Positions 19,182 to 29,764 are shown, counted from the stretch's first letter. The stretch: DNA of 64,000 nt from an uncultured archaeon (GCA_964407715.1 CAYOWP010000003.1:28316-92315), one strand, 5' to 3'. A program made the numbers and translations. Notes: generated from the sequence alone by a model not told the origin.

Positions 19182-19919
19182 TTATTTTTTTATTTCCCAT
19201 ATCTTTGCTATCTCCTCCTCATAAAACTCCATATTTGCGGGAATAACAATACACTGCGCATAATCATCCCAATACTTAACCTCTTTTTTTAAAGAACTCA
19301 ATTTTCCATACAGAATCTTTTCTTTTTCCCCTCCTAATCCATAGCAAACGAATATCTTTTTATTAGTTAATTCAGGAAGATAGCGTGATATAAGATCCAA
19401 TGCATCATAGCACCTAAGATGTATATCCAATAAAACCAAAGAGTGTAAATTGCTCTTATAATTGTTTCTTATGTTCTCAAATGGTGTTTGAGGATATGTA
19501 GGAAAGCTTTCTGGATGAGGTAAAGAAACAACTCTACCAAATCTATATAATGAGAGACCTGTTTTTGCAATAGATGTAAAGATAGATGAGCCATGAATTA
19601 CCTTGCATTGCACGTTTTTTTCATAACACAATCTAAGAAAATACACATGTGTAGTTGCGCTGAGAATGTCTCCTTGTGCGCATAAACATATATCTTTTAT
19701 AGAAGCTTCATCAACAATCTTCTCAGCCATGTTCTCCACTTCCTCACGTGAAAGCAAGATTACTTTTCTCCCTAAGCATCTCTCCAAGGATTCCTTAGAA
19801 TGCAAAGTATTTGAGGTATATCTCTCAAAATATACTTTATCCGCTCTTGTAAGAATATCATATGCTCTCAAGCTCATATCTTTAACATCCCATATGCCTA
19901 AGGATACCAAATAAAGCAT
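19182..19919 (-). CDS. dph5: Diphthine synthase
   Basis: MLYLV.LG, ERYTS, GD..SATTH, GLSLYRFG, LHSLVLLDI. Confidence 0.93.
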   Translation of the reverse strand: MLYLVSLGIWDVKDMSLRAYDILTRADKVYFERYTSNTLHSKESLERCLGRKVILLSREEVENMAEKIVDEASIKDICLCAQGDILSATTHVYFLRLCYEKNVQCKVIHGSSIFTSIAKTGLSLYRFGRVVSLPHPESFPTYPQTPFENIRNNYKSNLHSLVLLDIHLRCYDALDLISRYLPELTNKKIFVCYGLGGEKEKILYGKLSSLKKEVKYWDDYAQCIVIPANMEFYEEEIAKIWEIKK

Positions 19920-19968
19920 AATCTTAGATATCCCAATAAAAAATTTAAAAAGAATAAAAAGTGTGAAA

Positions 19969-20021
19969 GTGGAGGCTCATCGTGTACTCATCGGAAATGC
20001 CTTTCCTCACTTACCTCCATC
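19969..20021 (-). other. Structured 3'-UTR element with C/D-like (K-turn-like) motifs, followed by a U tract
   Basis: TGGAGG/CCTCCA stem enclosing GTGAGGA, a GGAAA/TTTCC hairpin and two CGATGA motifs. Confidence 0.4.
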
Positions 20022-21101
20022 TTAAAATGTATCTGCAATAACAGTCAAATAACCTGTATATCCTGCTGCAACAACTCCATAAGGCACACGTGTTTCTATT
20101 TGCATAACAATTCCTTGCCCTGGCAACAATCCTTGCGATGGATTGCTCGTGCTGAACACATATCCATTATTGCTTAACAAACCATCTGCTCCTGATGGTA
20201 TTGCATCTCTATTCCACTTCACCAATCTTACATGACTACAATCGCCTGATATTAACATCAAATATTCCTCTCCTGATACAGGATATTCAACAGCTCTTGT
20301 TGGATACACATATCCTGTTGTTGCATCATAGCTAGTATATTTTATAACGATTTCATCTCCATCCCTCAAATTGATATCTCCAGTATCAGTTACATTGTGT
20401 GGTTCATTTGGATTACCTAATACCAACCAAATAGGTGTTGTGGTTGAGGCTGCCGAACATGGTGAAGTAGGATCAGTAGCATTTATTGCCCAGAAATACT
20501 CCTTGTTAGCAAACCTCAACCTACCATAACTTACAGTGTTAAGTGGTGTGTTTAAATACACCAATTCCTTGGATTCATTAAACTCAATCCTATCCACATA
20601 GCTCATACTATTATTGTATGTAGGTGCATTTCCTTTACTCTTTATCCATGTTACATTTACAGCAATCCAGTTTCCTGGATCATAATATGATGCAAAACCA
20701 CTACCAAATGGATTCTGTGCTGGCTGTGTCACATTTAGCCATACATGGGTTATATTTGTTGAACCCATGTTCTCAATTTCAAAGGAACTTAACTGGACTG
20801 CATCATTTGTTCCATCTGTCACATTGTATACCTTTCCTATGCTTCCTGGATCCAGCAATCCGAAATCCATATTCTCTGGTGTAATATCAATAATTGTCTT
20901 TTGATTTATGCTCACCTCAATCAAAGATTCGTCTGCAGAATATGTTGCATTTGAAAAGCTTCCATATACAAGAGCGCCTTGCTTATAAGCAATACCAATT
21001 ATAAACAAAAAGCCTATAAGCAAAGCGCTCACTACTCCTATACCCAATTTCGCCTTTTTATATCTCGAAGCCTTCTTTAAGTTCAACCACATTTCCTCCA
21101 T
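20022..21101 (-). CDS. Secreted surface or S-layer-like glycoprotein
   Basis: N-terminal TM, many NxS/T sites; paralogous to the adjacent gene (IEN.GS.NIT..W.N...P...PFG.G....YD.GN; VPYGV). Confidence 0.7.
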   Translation of the reverse strand: MEEMWLNLKKASRYKKAKLGIGVVSALLIGFLFIIGIAYKQGALVYGSFSNATYSADESLIEVSINQKTIIDITPENMDFGLLDPGSIGKVYNVTDGTNDAVQLSSFEIENMGSTNITHVWLNVTQPAQNPFGSGFASYYDPGNWIAVNVTWIKSKGNAPTYNNSMSYVDRIEFNESKELVYLNTPLNTVSYGRLRFANKEYFWAINATDPTSPCSAASTTTPIWLVLGNPNEPHNVTDTGDINLRDGDEIVIKYTSYDATTGYVYPTRAVEYPVSGEEYLMLISGDCSHVRLVKWNRDAIPSGADGLLSNNGYVFSTSNPSQGLLPGQGIVMQIETRVPYGVVAAGYTGYLTVIADTF

Positions 21102-21140
21102 ATTTCCTCACCTCCACTTTCAATTCATAATTGATCATGA

Positions 21141-22133
21141 TTATTCAGTTCTTACGAAAACAGTTAGTTTTCCCTGCTTTACTGGACCATAGGGTACGCC
21201 ATAAGGCACGTATACTTGTATATATGCCTTAGCCACCCCTCCAGGATAAACATATGTCCCATTCAAAAAATAGCCATGGTTAATTTGACTGCATATTGAG
21301 GTATCAGCACCAGGGAGATCAGCATTGTATCTATTGAAAATCACCTTTGAGCAATCCTCAGGTATTACAATACAGTATTTATCAGTTCCATTTACATCAA
21401 CTAATGCAACCCCATAGTAATCAAGAAGATACTTTACTGGCGTAACTAATATAGCAGAGTTATCTGTTAAGTCAGAATCTCCTGTGTCTTCTTGAGTTTT
21501 TGGGGTATCTGAAATATAAAAATTGCCATAACTACAATTTTGACCACCTGCTAATGTATTAAATTCCCAAAAGTATTCATAAGAATTATTCCTAAATCTT
21601 CCAAAGATTATTCCATAAAGATATGAGCTGTCATTTATTGCCTTATGTGTCTTAACATACATGGAATCTGATTCAGGATACTCAACTCTATTCACAAAGT
21701 AAAATTTGGAAGAATCATTAGAAAGTACAACAAAATTTCCTGCATCATATTTATCTGGATCCCCTGTTCCAAATGGAAAAGAAGAAGGATATGTAGCATT
21801 AAACCATATAGAAGTTATGTTCACTGATCCAATATTTTCAATCCATATTGCCTCATAATTGTTTTCCTCTAAGGAGCTGTCACCAACACCTCCGGGAGGA
21901 ACATTACTCCATGCAAGTTGTGATGGATTGATATCAACCAAACTTACCTGAGAAACATTAACAATTATTGTGATGGTATCGTTTGCGGTATTTTGTGCAT
22001 AAGAAAGAAAAGATCCTGCTTTAAAAATCATAAATAGATAAATTGAACCAATCAAAGTTCCCAATACATAACTCCACAAAAATACCTTCTTTTTTCTTTT
22101 TAGATAATTATAACTAGGTCTTCTAACACTCAT
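21141..22133 (-). CDS. Secreted surface or S-layer-like glycoprotein (tandem paralog)
   Basis: Same motifs as 20022..21101. Confidence 0.7.
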   Translation of the reverse strand: MSVRRPSYNYLKRKKKVFLWSYVLGTLIGSIYLFMIFKAGSFLSYAQNTANDTITIIVNVSQVSLVDINPSQLAWSNVPPGGVGDSSLEENNYEAIWIENIGSVNITSIWFNATYPSSFPFGTGDPDKYDAGNFVVLSNDSSKFYFVNRVEYPESDSMYVKTHKAINDSSYLYGIIFGRFRNNSYEYFWEFNTLAGGQNCSYGNFYISDTPKTQEDTGDSDLTDNSAILVTPVKYLLDYYGVALVDVNGTDKYCIVIPEDCSKVIFNRYNADLPGADTSICSQINHGYFLNGTYVYPGGVAKAYIQVYVPYGVPYGPVKQGKLTVFVRTE

Positions 22134-22373
22134 GTTTTATCTCCCTTCTTGTCTTATCTCCCTTCTAAAAATGAAAAATAAAAATAAAAGCAAATTACTT
22201 CAATGCCTGAACGGGGTGGTGGATACCAATATCAATAAAATAACCATTATACGGTATTATTAGATATGTCCTCAGAGAATATATATGCTTTTCTATACTT
22301 AAGTTGTGAAAATATAACTACATAAAAAGATATTGATATAAAAAGATATCGAGATATCTTTCTTCTTAGTATA

Positions 22374-23252
22374 TCATGGATACCTTTCTAATATCTCGAA
22401 ATCTTCCATTTTTCCATCGCTATCTCTGTCAACTCCTTCAATAATTATGTATGCTTCATCACGGCTCATAATTTCATCATAAATGGATTTAAATGCATTT
22501 ATTGAGATTTCTGTAGAAATTATGTTAATACCGCTCAAAAGAACATAAGGCACTTTATTAGCGATAATCTTGCATATAAGAGCCATGCTCTCTTCATTAT
22601 ATTGATTTTTTGTGATCGAAGATCTTATACCTCTATAATGCACTTCCTCATCATAATATACTTTCATCTTTTTGTTTAATTTATAAGTGAGCATATTGGT
22701 TAATGGACCTCCTATCACAAAAACATATGTTCCATCTTTAATATCTTCCTCACTGAATAAAGTATCAAAAGTAACATCTATGTTCCATCCTTTGCTTCCA
22801 AGAAAACTTCCCAATACACCTGCTAAATATCCGTCTCTTGCACGAAGATTGAACTTGCCATGTGCATCTGGGGATCCAACCACTATAATTCCACGAAGCA
22901 ATGATCCTTCTGAAATAGGTGCCTTGCTTTTAAATTCATCATTGAGAAATAAAACGAGTGCATCTGCATCAAAGGAATATCTTTTCTCCTCAAAATTTCT
23001 TATACGAGTCTGATTTTTAAGATGCACCAATCTTGCTTTTTCTAGCTTTCTAAGGTGGTAATATATTGAGAAAACGTCCTCCTTCATTATAGATGCTATT
23101 TCTTCTCCTGATAATAACTCATGCTTAGATAGCAGTTCTAAGATTCTTATTCTTTTAAGATTTGAAACCTCCTTTATCTGTGCCTCATCAATTATCTTCC
23201 CTCTAAATACATACCTTTTCCCCTTCTCCTCATAATAAAAAAGATTTGCCAT
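22374..23252 (-). CDS. ArsR-like wHTH regulator fused to an S-layer-type alpha/beta domain
   Basis: RIRILELL...EIA...IYYHLRKLEKARLV; C-terminal IVVGSPD.HG and IGGPLTN. Confidence 0.75.
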   Translation of the reverse strand: MANLFYYEEKGKRYVFRGKIIDEAQIKEVSNLKRIRILELLSKHELLSGEEIASIMKEDVFSIYYHLRKLEKARLVHLKNQTRIRNFEEKRYSFDADALVLFLNDEFKSKAPISEGSLLRGIIVVGSPDAHGKFNLRARDGYLAGVLGSFLGSKGWNIDVTFDTLFSEEDIKDGTYVFVIGGPLTNMLTYKLNKKMKVYYDEEVHYRGIRSSITKNQYNEESMALICKIIANKVPYVLLSGINIISTEISINAFKSIYDEIMSRDEAYIIIEGVDRDSDGKMEDFEILERYP

Positions 23253-23315
23253 ATCATTTAAATTTATTTTTAAACATTTTAAATATTTTTATGTTTAGAA
23301 GTTTAGAATCAAATC

Positions 23316-23990
23316 ACCTTTAAAAAAAGGTTAGTTGCTTCAATGCGGTTTTGATAGCAATATTTCCCGTTAACCATGTTCTTATTTTGGAAAATATGGT
23401 TAAAGGGAAGCATACCATCTCAATAGCGCGTTAGAGCAGCTAACCTTTCTAATGGATTAGTGAGCAGCTAACCTTTAATTAGGTTAGTATGCTGCAATGT
23501 GGTTGTGAAAGCGATATCTTCCCGTTAACCATATCATTTATTTTAAAAAATGGTTAAAGGGAAACATACCTCTCTCATTCAGCACATTAGAGCAGCTAAC
23601 CTTTTTATGCGGTTACCATGCTTCAAGACCTTAGTGATAGACGATTTCTTCCCGTTAACCATGTTCTTATTTTGGAAAATATGGTTAAAGGGAAGCTTAC
23701 CCCATCAACAGCACATTAGAGCATCTAACCTATTGCAAAGGGTTACCATGCTACAAAACCTTTGTGAAAGAGATTTCCTCCCGTTAACCATATTTCAAAA
23801 TAAAAATTTGGTTAACGAAACACCTACCCATATACCCAAAGCGCATTACAGCATCTAACCTGTTTAAGCGGTTAGCATGCTCTAAGAGCTGTGGTAATAA
23901 GGGAATTCTTCCTGTTAACCATTTTAAAAATGGTTAGCGAGATATATACTAATTCATTTTGCGTATCAAATCATCTAACCTTTCTAAGCA
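23316..23990 (+). repeat. Tandem array of ~120-150 bp hairpin modules (4 complete, 2 partial)
   Basis: Repeated GGTTAA.GGGAA.CATACC...GCAGCTAACC...GGTTA.CATGCT.CAA...CCCGTTAACC separated by AT-rich linkers. Confidence 0.92.
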
Positions 23991-24072
23991 GACAATAAGA
24001 ATAAAATTTATATATAGTTGGTTTTGTTAATATATTATTATAATTGGGTTCCGAATAGGAGGTGAAGGAAGG

Positions 24073-24654
24073 ATGGGACATAAAATATTATGGCATCCTG
24101 CGAAGTTTATAGATGAGAGAACAAAGAAAGATTTTGCAAGAGATGGCTATTGGTTCAGTTTATGGAGCAGCATAATTGTAGGGCTAACAGTAATCTTGTT
24201 ATCTCTAATATTTACAAAAAGCGGATATTATGTAGAAGAGCTAACAATAAAAAAAGGGATAGTCATTTTTCTTGTATCATTCTCAGTGTATTATCTTTTA
24301 AACATATTGAGCGCATTTCTCACCCGTGAAATTGTTGGAATGCTAAAAAAGGATATTCTCTTTTATAAAGCATTAGCTGCAGTATCATATCCTTATTTCC
24401 TTTTAAGTGTTGGCTTTGCATTAATGACAATCTTCGCGATTTTCCCTGGAATCAATATACTAACCCCTATAATAGGGATAATATTCATTGCAAGAAGTTA
24501 TGGAATCTATATTAGATTTTTACATGAATATGCTAAGTTGGACAATATAGAGGCATATGTTGCAAGTGTTATCCTGATAAGTGCATTAACATTTGGATTC
24601 ATCATTGGAGTAAACATCTTATCTGCTGTTCCAGGAAATGTATTTGGCATGTAA
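24073..24654 (+). CDS. Yip1-like 5-TM membrane protein
   Basis: ILWHP..F start and five hydrophobic segments. Confidence 0.6.
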   Translation: MGHKILWHPAKFIDERTKKDFARDGYWFSLWSSIIVGLTVILLSLIFTKSGYYVEELTIKKGIVIFLVSFSVYYLLNILSAFLTREIVGMLKKDILFYKALAAVSYPYFLLSVGFALMTIFAIFPGINILTPIIGIIFIARSYGIYIRFLHEYAKLDNIEAYVASVILISALTFGFIIGVNILSAVPGNVFGM

Positions 24655-24718
24655 GATGATTTAAAATAAGAGAAATCACTATAAAAACGCGAAGAGATAT
24701 CAAACTTTGAAGTATTGT

Positions 24719-27292
24719 TTATCTATATTCCTCTCCCCTCCATTTATCAAGTCTTCCCTTTTCACGAGCAGCGCTACCCAAAAATGTATGTGTCTCCTCT
24801 GGATGAAGAAGCATACCCTCAAGTGGATCATATGCATGCTCTATAATTACTCTTTTTTGCTCAGCAAGTAATGCCTCATTTATACCATAGAACTCTGGTG
24901 GTAATTTATCTGGAGGAATATCATTCTCCAAAGCAATCACCATATTCCTAAACACTAATGCACTTTGATAAATCCCATAACTCCCCATTTCCCATATAAA
25001 ATATGCATCCTTCATACCCTTCTGCCTCAAAAGATACATCCATTCGTATAATGTATACATCTCCTCATTTAACATAAACAACGGCCCATGTTGCCCACCA
25101 TAGGGTCTTGGAGCATTAACATGTAGCATCCTTATATACTTAGCCTCTCCATCATCTAATGTTTTCATATCTTCAACAGGGTCTATTAAATTAAGGGAAA
25201 GATGCTCAAAATCCATAGTATAAGCAAATAAATCCTTATATGGTCCTTGAGACCTTGGAATGATATCCTTATCAGGATTCTCAAGCAATTTTGATGCATA
25301 TTCAACTACGCTCTTAATTAGTATTATATGATCCTTTGCTTTCATAATTCTCAATCTACCTACTAAGCTCTCTCTAGAAGGCTGGTCAGTTTCTATAAAC
25401 ATCATAATTGGCTTTCCATCTGTTTTGCTTCCACCACGTTCTATATAATCCCATACACTATCATTATTAAATCTAACACCTTCAATATTAAGGGCCCCTA
25501 TTTTATATAACCACTCTGGTAATGTATCCATCGCCCACTCATCCTTAATAAATAAATGCCCTTGGATGTATTTTGCTGCTACTGCAGTAACAATATCCTC
25601 AGCAATCTGCAATGGTGTTCTTTGCTCCTTTGTGTAGATATAATCCTGAAATTCTCTTGTATATTTGTTAAGCCTATCCTTAAATGGCTTCTCTCCCATC
25701 CCATCAACATATTCATAGAAATCCTTCATTCTTTTGAACCCAAAATTTGTAGCTAAGATAACATCATCTGGGTCATATGCATCATCTATCTTAGTTTCGT
25801 ATCTTTTTCCAACGATTTCTTGCCATAAGTAATCCTTATACTTATACATAAATTTAGCTGTTAAGATATATGCAACCTCCTCGCTTGCTTCACATCCTTT
25901 AATTACTGTCCAATATTCAAATGCGTCATCATAATCCATTCCTGATCGCGTAACAATATATAATGCTCTAAGTGCTTTTCTCTCCATGTGTGTTATATCA
26001 AACTGGTAATATTCTTTATGTGTACCAGAAGATGCAATCTCCATTTCTTTTGAGTTAACTAGATTTGTTAGATGAATTTGTATAGTATGGATATTCAATC
26101 TATCTATATCCTCTGTTACAGGGTCAAATTCTGGAAGTATCCTTGGTAATAAGTTCCTTAATATTCCAAACTCCTCTGGTGCAAGAGATAACATGTGAAG
26201 TTTATCAGTGGTATCAACTTTCTTTGCTTTCTTTTCTATATCTTCTAATATCTCAATACTTCTTTCTAATATGCTCTTACTATCTTCCAATCTCTTCTTA
26301 TCTTCCTCTGATATTCCTTTTCTCTGTAGCATCTTAATAACATTCAAAAGATCCTTCTTTAATGCCTCTTTATGGTCTTCTATATTCTTAATCATTCTCT
26401 TTATATAATATCTCAAGATTTTCTTTCTAACATTCTCACGAAGCTCCTGTGCTCTCTTTATTCCCTCATCAAAGCTATCAAAATAATAGAAGTAAAGTCC
26501 TATTTCTGGTTCAATAGCCTGACCTCTCATCTCAAAAAATATACTTAGGAATCTTGCCTTAAAATAATCCTTAAACCTAAAATTCTTTAGAGGTTTGTAT
26601 ATTTTTCTATAGCATGGATCAACAAAATAATTATATGTTTTACCTTCAAATATTGTTTTTTCCTCTCCATCCAATTGCTTTATCCATATCCCCAAAGGAA
26701 TACCTGTGTATGAAAAAAGCTGTCCTCTCATATAATATCTCTCCTCTCCTGAAATACCAAACACTATATTAGGTCTTGGAGAGGAAGATGAGTGAAATAA
26801 AAAATATTTTGCTCCTAATATATCACCAGCCGCATATGCTGATCTCTGTATGCTTCTGTGATGTAATGTCCATTGATTTGCATATGCTATACATAAATCC
26901 ACGCCTGCCTCTCCAACAACAGGAGCATGTAATCCAACTTCCAATCCCTGATATCTCTTTGCCTCTTCTATCATCTTCCAGAGATATCTCTCGTTAATTT
27001 CTGATATTGCCTCAAAGTCTAATTGAATAAATTCAAATCCATAAAGTGCACCTTTCATATATTTTCTCATTAATCCCAAATCCTTAAATCCTTCAGGGGA
27101 TCTTTTTATTTGAGCAAATCCAGGAGTTACCCCAATTATATATCCCACAGGTCTATTGAGATCATCCCATCTCTTTTCTTTTTTATAATATAACCAATTA
27201 AAATCTATCTTTGCATTTTGATCTTTACTTCCTTTCTCCTGCTCTTTCTTGTTTTTATTTTTTTTATTGAACAAAAAGGAAAAGATACCCAT
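24719..27292 (-). CDS. Large xylose-isomerase/AP-endonuclease-2-like TIM-barrel protein with big helical insertions
   Basis: Ordered metal-ligand motifs GLHAP, FHSS, IETD, DFEH, LHVN, QH.P, IWE. Confidence 0.6.
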   Translation of the reverse strand: MGIFSFLFNKKNKNKKEQEKGSKDQNAKIDFNWLYYKKEKRWDDLNRPVGYIIGVTPGFAQIKRSPEGFKDLGLMRKYMKGALYGFEFIQLDFEAISEINERYLWKMIEEAKRYQGLEVGLHAPVVGEAGVDLCIAYANQWTLHHRSIQRSAYAAGDILGAKYFLFHSSSSPRPNIVFGISGEERYYMRGQLFSYTGIPLGIWIKQLDGEEKTIFEGKTYNYFVDPCYRKIYKPLKNFRFKDYFKARFLSIFFEMRGQAIEPEIGLYFYYFDSFDEGIKRAQELRENVRKKILRYYIKRMIKNIEDHKEALKKDLLNVIKMLQRKGISEEDKKRLEDSKSILERSIEILEDIEKKAKKVDTTDKLHMLSLAPEEFGILRNLLPRILPEFDPVTEDIDRLNIHTIQIHLTNLVNSKEMEIASSGTHKEYYQFDITHMERKALRALYIVTRSGMDYDDAFEYWTVIKGCEASEEVAYILTAKFMYKYKDYLWQEIVGKRYETKIDDAYDPDDVILATNFGFKRMKDFYEYVDGMGEKPFKDRLNKYTREFQDYIYTKEQRTPLQIAEDIVTAVAAKYIQGHLFIKDEWAMDTLPEWLYKIGALNIEGVRFNNDSVWDYIERGGSKTDGKPIMMFIETDQPSRESLVGRLRIMKAKDHIILIKSVVEYASKLLENPDKDIIPRSQGPYKDLFAYTMDFEHLSLNLIDPVEDMKTLDDGEAKYIRMLHVNAPRPYGGQHGPLFMLNEEMYTLYEWMYLLRQKGMKDAYFIWEMGSYGIYQSALVFRNMVIALENDIPPDKLPPEFYGINEALLAEQKRVIIEHAYDPLEGMLLHPEETHTFLGSAAREKGRLDKWRGEEYR

Positions 27293-27395
27293 ATAATTAT
27301 AGATATATCCTTGGGATAAATATATTTTTGGTTAACTGAGAGAGTAGTCTCTTATATTAGCAGATATCTTCTCAAAATAAGCAACATTTGATCTT

Positions 27396-27953
27396 CTAAA
27401 CAGGTATCTTTACACATCCCTGTTCTTGACAAAGAGTAAGTAAATAATTAACAGCATATTTATTTCCTAATATCACCCCATTAGGTAGTTTACAAAATGA
27501 ATATTCGTTATTAAGGTATATTTTCTCACCTTTCATATTGTCACACATCTTTTTTTCATATTCCTTTCCCATGAAATATCCATTTTTCTCTTGTGAGTCT
27601 GTAGGATATCCCTTTATTAAAATTAAAGTCCCATTTCTTAATATGCCAAATAATAATGGTACTCCTCCATCCCATTTGTAACCATAATGATCCTCTAAAT
27701 ACTTAGCATATTCACTTCCATCTTCTATTTTTACAACAGAAATACTTGGATATTTATCATGCATATCTTCCAGATAAGACATCATATAATGACAGTGAGG
27801 ACAAAAAGAAGAATAAATGAGATAGATGACACTACCATTGACATTTTCTTCATTTTCTTTTGGTAAGTTTTCCTCATTAACACAACCAGATAGAAATATA
27901 AAATTAACCAATAAAAACACAATGGATAAGTTAAGAATATCTCTTTTCTTCAT
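27396..27953 (-). CDS. Thioredoxin/glutaredoxin-like lipoprotein
   Basis: Lipobox LSGC, CPHC, cis-Pro GVP. Confidence 0.8.
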   Translation of the reverse strand: MKKRDILNLSIVFLLVNFIFLSGCVNEENLPKENEENVNGSVIYLIYSSFCPHCHYMMSYLEDMHDKYPSISVVKIEDGSEYAKYLEDHYGYKWDGGVPLLFGILRNGTLILIKGYPTDSQEKNGYFMGKEYEKKMCDNMKGEKIYLNNEYSFCKLPNGVILGNKYAVNYLLTLCQEQGCVKIPV

Positions 27954-27965
27954 ACTTCTCTCACC

Positions 27966-28619
27966 TTATATCATGAAAAATACAGCAATCAATAGCAGAC
28001 CAGCTATTAAATGCAAATATCTTATATTTTTTTCTCTCCACATAAGAATCTTTCGTGGCATTGTACCAAATCCTATAATCAAAGTAATAAGTATCATAGG
28101 TAATACAAAAATCAAGTTATAATATGCTAAATATATAAATTTGGACAATGAGAATCTCATCAATATCAATGCACTAAGATAAGGTCCTGAAGAACAAGGC
28201 AACAATAGAAGAGAGCACAACATAGCTACAGGAATAGCCATAAAAGGACTTGTAGTAGCTTTTATAACTTTCTGCGCTATTGGTCGAAAACGCATAGGCA
28301 TCTCCATAGCTATAAAGCCAGGTTTATATCTGAAGTATGCCTGTATTTCCATAAAAATCATTACAAGCAATAGAATTCTCAATATCCACTTAAGTATGCT
28401 TTCCATTCCTATCACATATATTATGCTTAAAATCCCAAGACCATAAAGAAAGTACATAACATATATTGTCAATGTGAAAAATATACCTCCTATTATTGCA
28501 CTTCTCCTTCCTTTAGTTATTAAAAGAGCTGATAGTAAGAGAGCTTGCACTGCTATCGTACAAGGATTAACTGCATCAACCAACGCAAGAAGAGTAATAT
28601 TCAAAAATTCATCAAACAT
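27966..28619 (-). CDS. CcdA/DsbD-like transmembrane disulfide transfer protein
   Basis: DAVNPC and LPCSSGPY, YNLIFVLP. Confidence 0.85.
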   Translation of the reverse strand: MFDEFLNITLLALVDAVNPCTIAVQALLLSALLITKGRRSAIIGGIFFTLTIYVMYFLYGLGILSIIYVIGMESILKWILRILLLVMIFMEIQAYFRYKPGFIAMEMPMRFRPIAQKVIKATTSPFMAIPVAMLCSLLLLPCSSGPYLSALILMRFSLSKFIYLAYYNLIFVLPMILITLIIGFGTMPRKILMWREKNIRYLHLIAGLLLIAVFFMI

Positions 28620-28753
28620 ATATAAAATTCCCTCTTATGCTATTTTAAAAAATTTTTTAATAACCTCATCTAAAAACTCTCTTTTTCTCTAAAAAATAAA
28701 GTAGCAATATATTCGTAGAAGCAACATCATCTTAACTAAAATTTTTATTAAAA

Positions 28754-29600
28754 TGGTTAACGAAAAGCAAATCTTGTCAATAGCACATTACACCAGCTAA
28801 CCTCAAAAAAGGTACCATGCTACAAAGCCTTCGTTGGAGGAATTCTTCCTGTTAACCATATCTCTTAATCTCTTAAAAAATAAAAAATTGGTTAACGGGA
28901 AACATAATCTCTTCATTCAGCATATTGAAGCAGCTATCCTTTTTAGAAAAGGTTAGCATGCTACGAAGCATTTGTGAGAGCGATATCTTCCCGTTAACCA
29001 TTATTTTAAAATAATTGGTTAACGGGAAACATACATTATCATAAAGCCATATCAGAGCAGCTAACCTTCAAAAGATGGTATCATGCTCCAAACCCTTTGG
29101 TAAGGCGATATCTTCCCGTTAACCAATTATTATTTTAAAAATTTGGTTAAGGGAAAAATAGCCAATTCATTTAGCATATCAGAGCATCTAACCTTCTTAA
29201 CCGGTTAGAAAGCAGCTAACCTTTAAAAGAGGTTAGCATGCTGCAAAACCTTTCGGAGAGATATTTTCTCCCCTTAACCATATCATTTATTTTAAAAATG
29301 GTTAAGGGGAACCATACCTTTCTCCTTCAGCATATTGAAGCAGCTAACCTCATGAAGGCGTTTTGAAAGCAGCTATCCTTTTTAGAAAAGGTACCATGCT
29401 GCAAAGCCTTTCTGAGAGCGATATTCTCCCATTAACCAATTTTTATTTTTTTTTTAAAATTAGTTAACGGGAAAACATACCTCATCGAGAACCACATTCC
29501 AGCAGCTATCCCTTTTTAAGAGGTTAGTGAGCCTCTAACCTTTCTAAGCAGTTATCATGCTACAAAGCCTTTGGTAATAGCGATTTTCTTGCGTTAACCA
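28754..29600 (+). repeat. Tandem array of 6 hairpin modules
   Basis: Units near 28755, 28890, 29017, 29145, 29300 and 29462, each ending TTAACC. Confidence 0.93.
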
Positions 29601-29670
29601 GTTTTCATTTATTTATTGGAGATAATTGAAAGAGAAACTTTTTTAAATCCAAAAAATATATGGAAATATT

Positions 29671-29730
29671 AGCGATGATTAAGCCGTCCCAGGATGATAA
29701 AAAGATGATTATTTAGGGTAGCTCATGAGC
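29671..29730 (+). ncRNA. Probable C/D-box guide sRNA 1
   Basis: C GCGATGA, ~15-nt guide, D' ATGA, C' AGATGA, ~16-nt guide, D ATGA; TATA-like TTTTAAAT about 25 nt upstream. Confidence 0.65.
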
Positions 29731-29764
29731 AGTACAATATCTTTTTCAAGAAATCTCATTAAAA

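Noticed and set aside
19969-20021. Hammerhead ribozyme or SECIS element
   Set aside because: No CUGANGA-stem-GAAA order, and the upstream gene has no in-frame UGA
23550-23858. 102-aa ORF in the array (also 40399..40608, 34419..34616, 5258..5458)
   Set aside because: The reading frame is not preserved between units; these are by-products of repeats or overlap a tRNA
23316-23990. Arrays as CRISPR
   Set aside because: No identical 24-47 bp repeats with unique spacers; the variable parts are short and recur; no cas genes in the window
27328-27390. Relic half-module GGTTAACTGAG...ATATTAGCAGATATC
   Set aside because: Too degenerate to support without an alignment model
28754-29600. Modules as integron attC sites
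   Set aside because: TAAC/GTTA cores are present, but there are no cassette ORFs between units, the GTTRRRY match is poor and no integrase is seen
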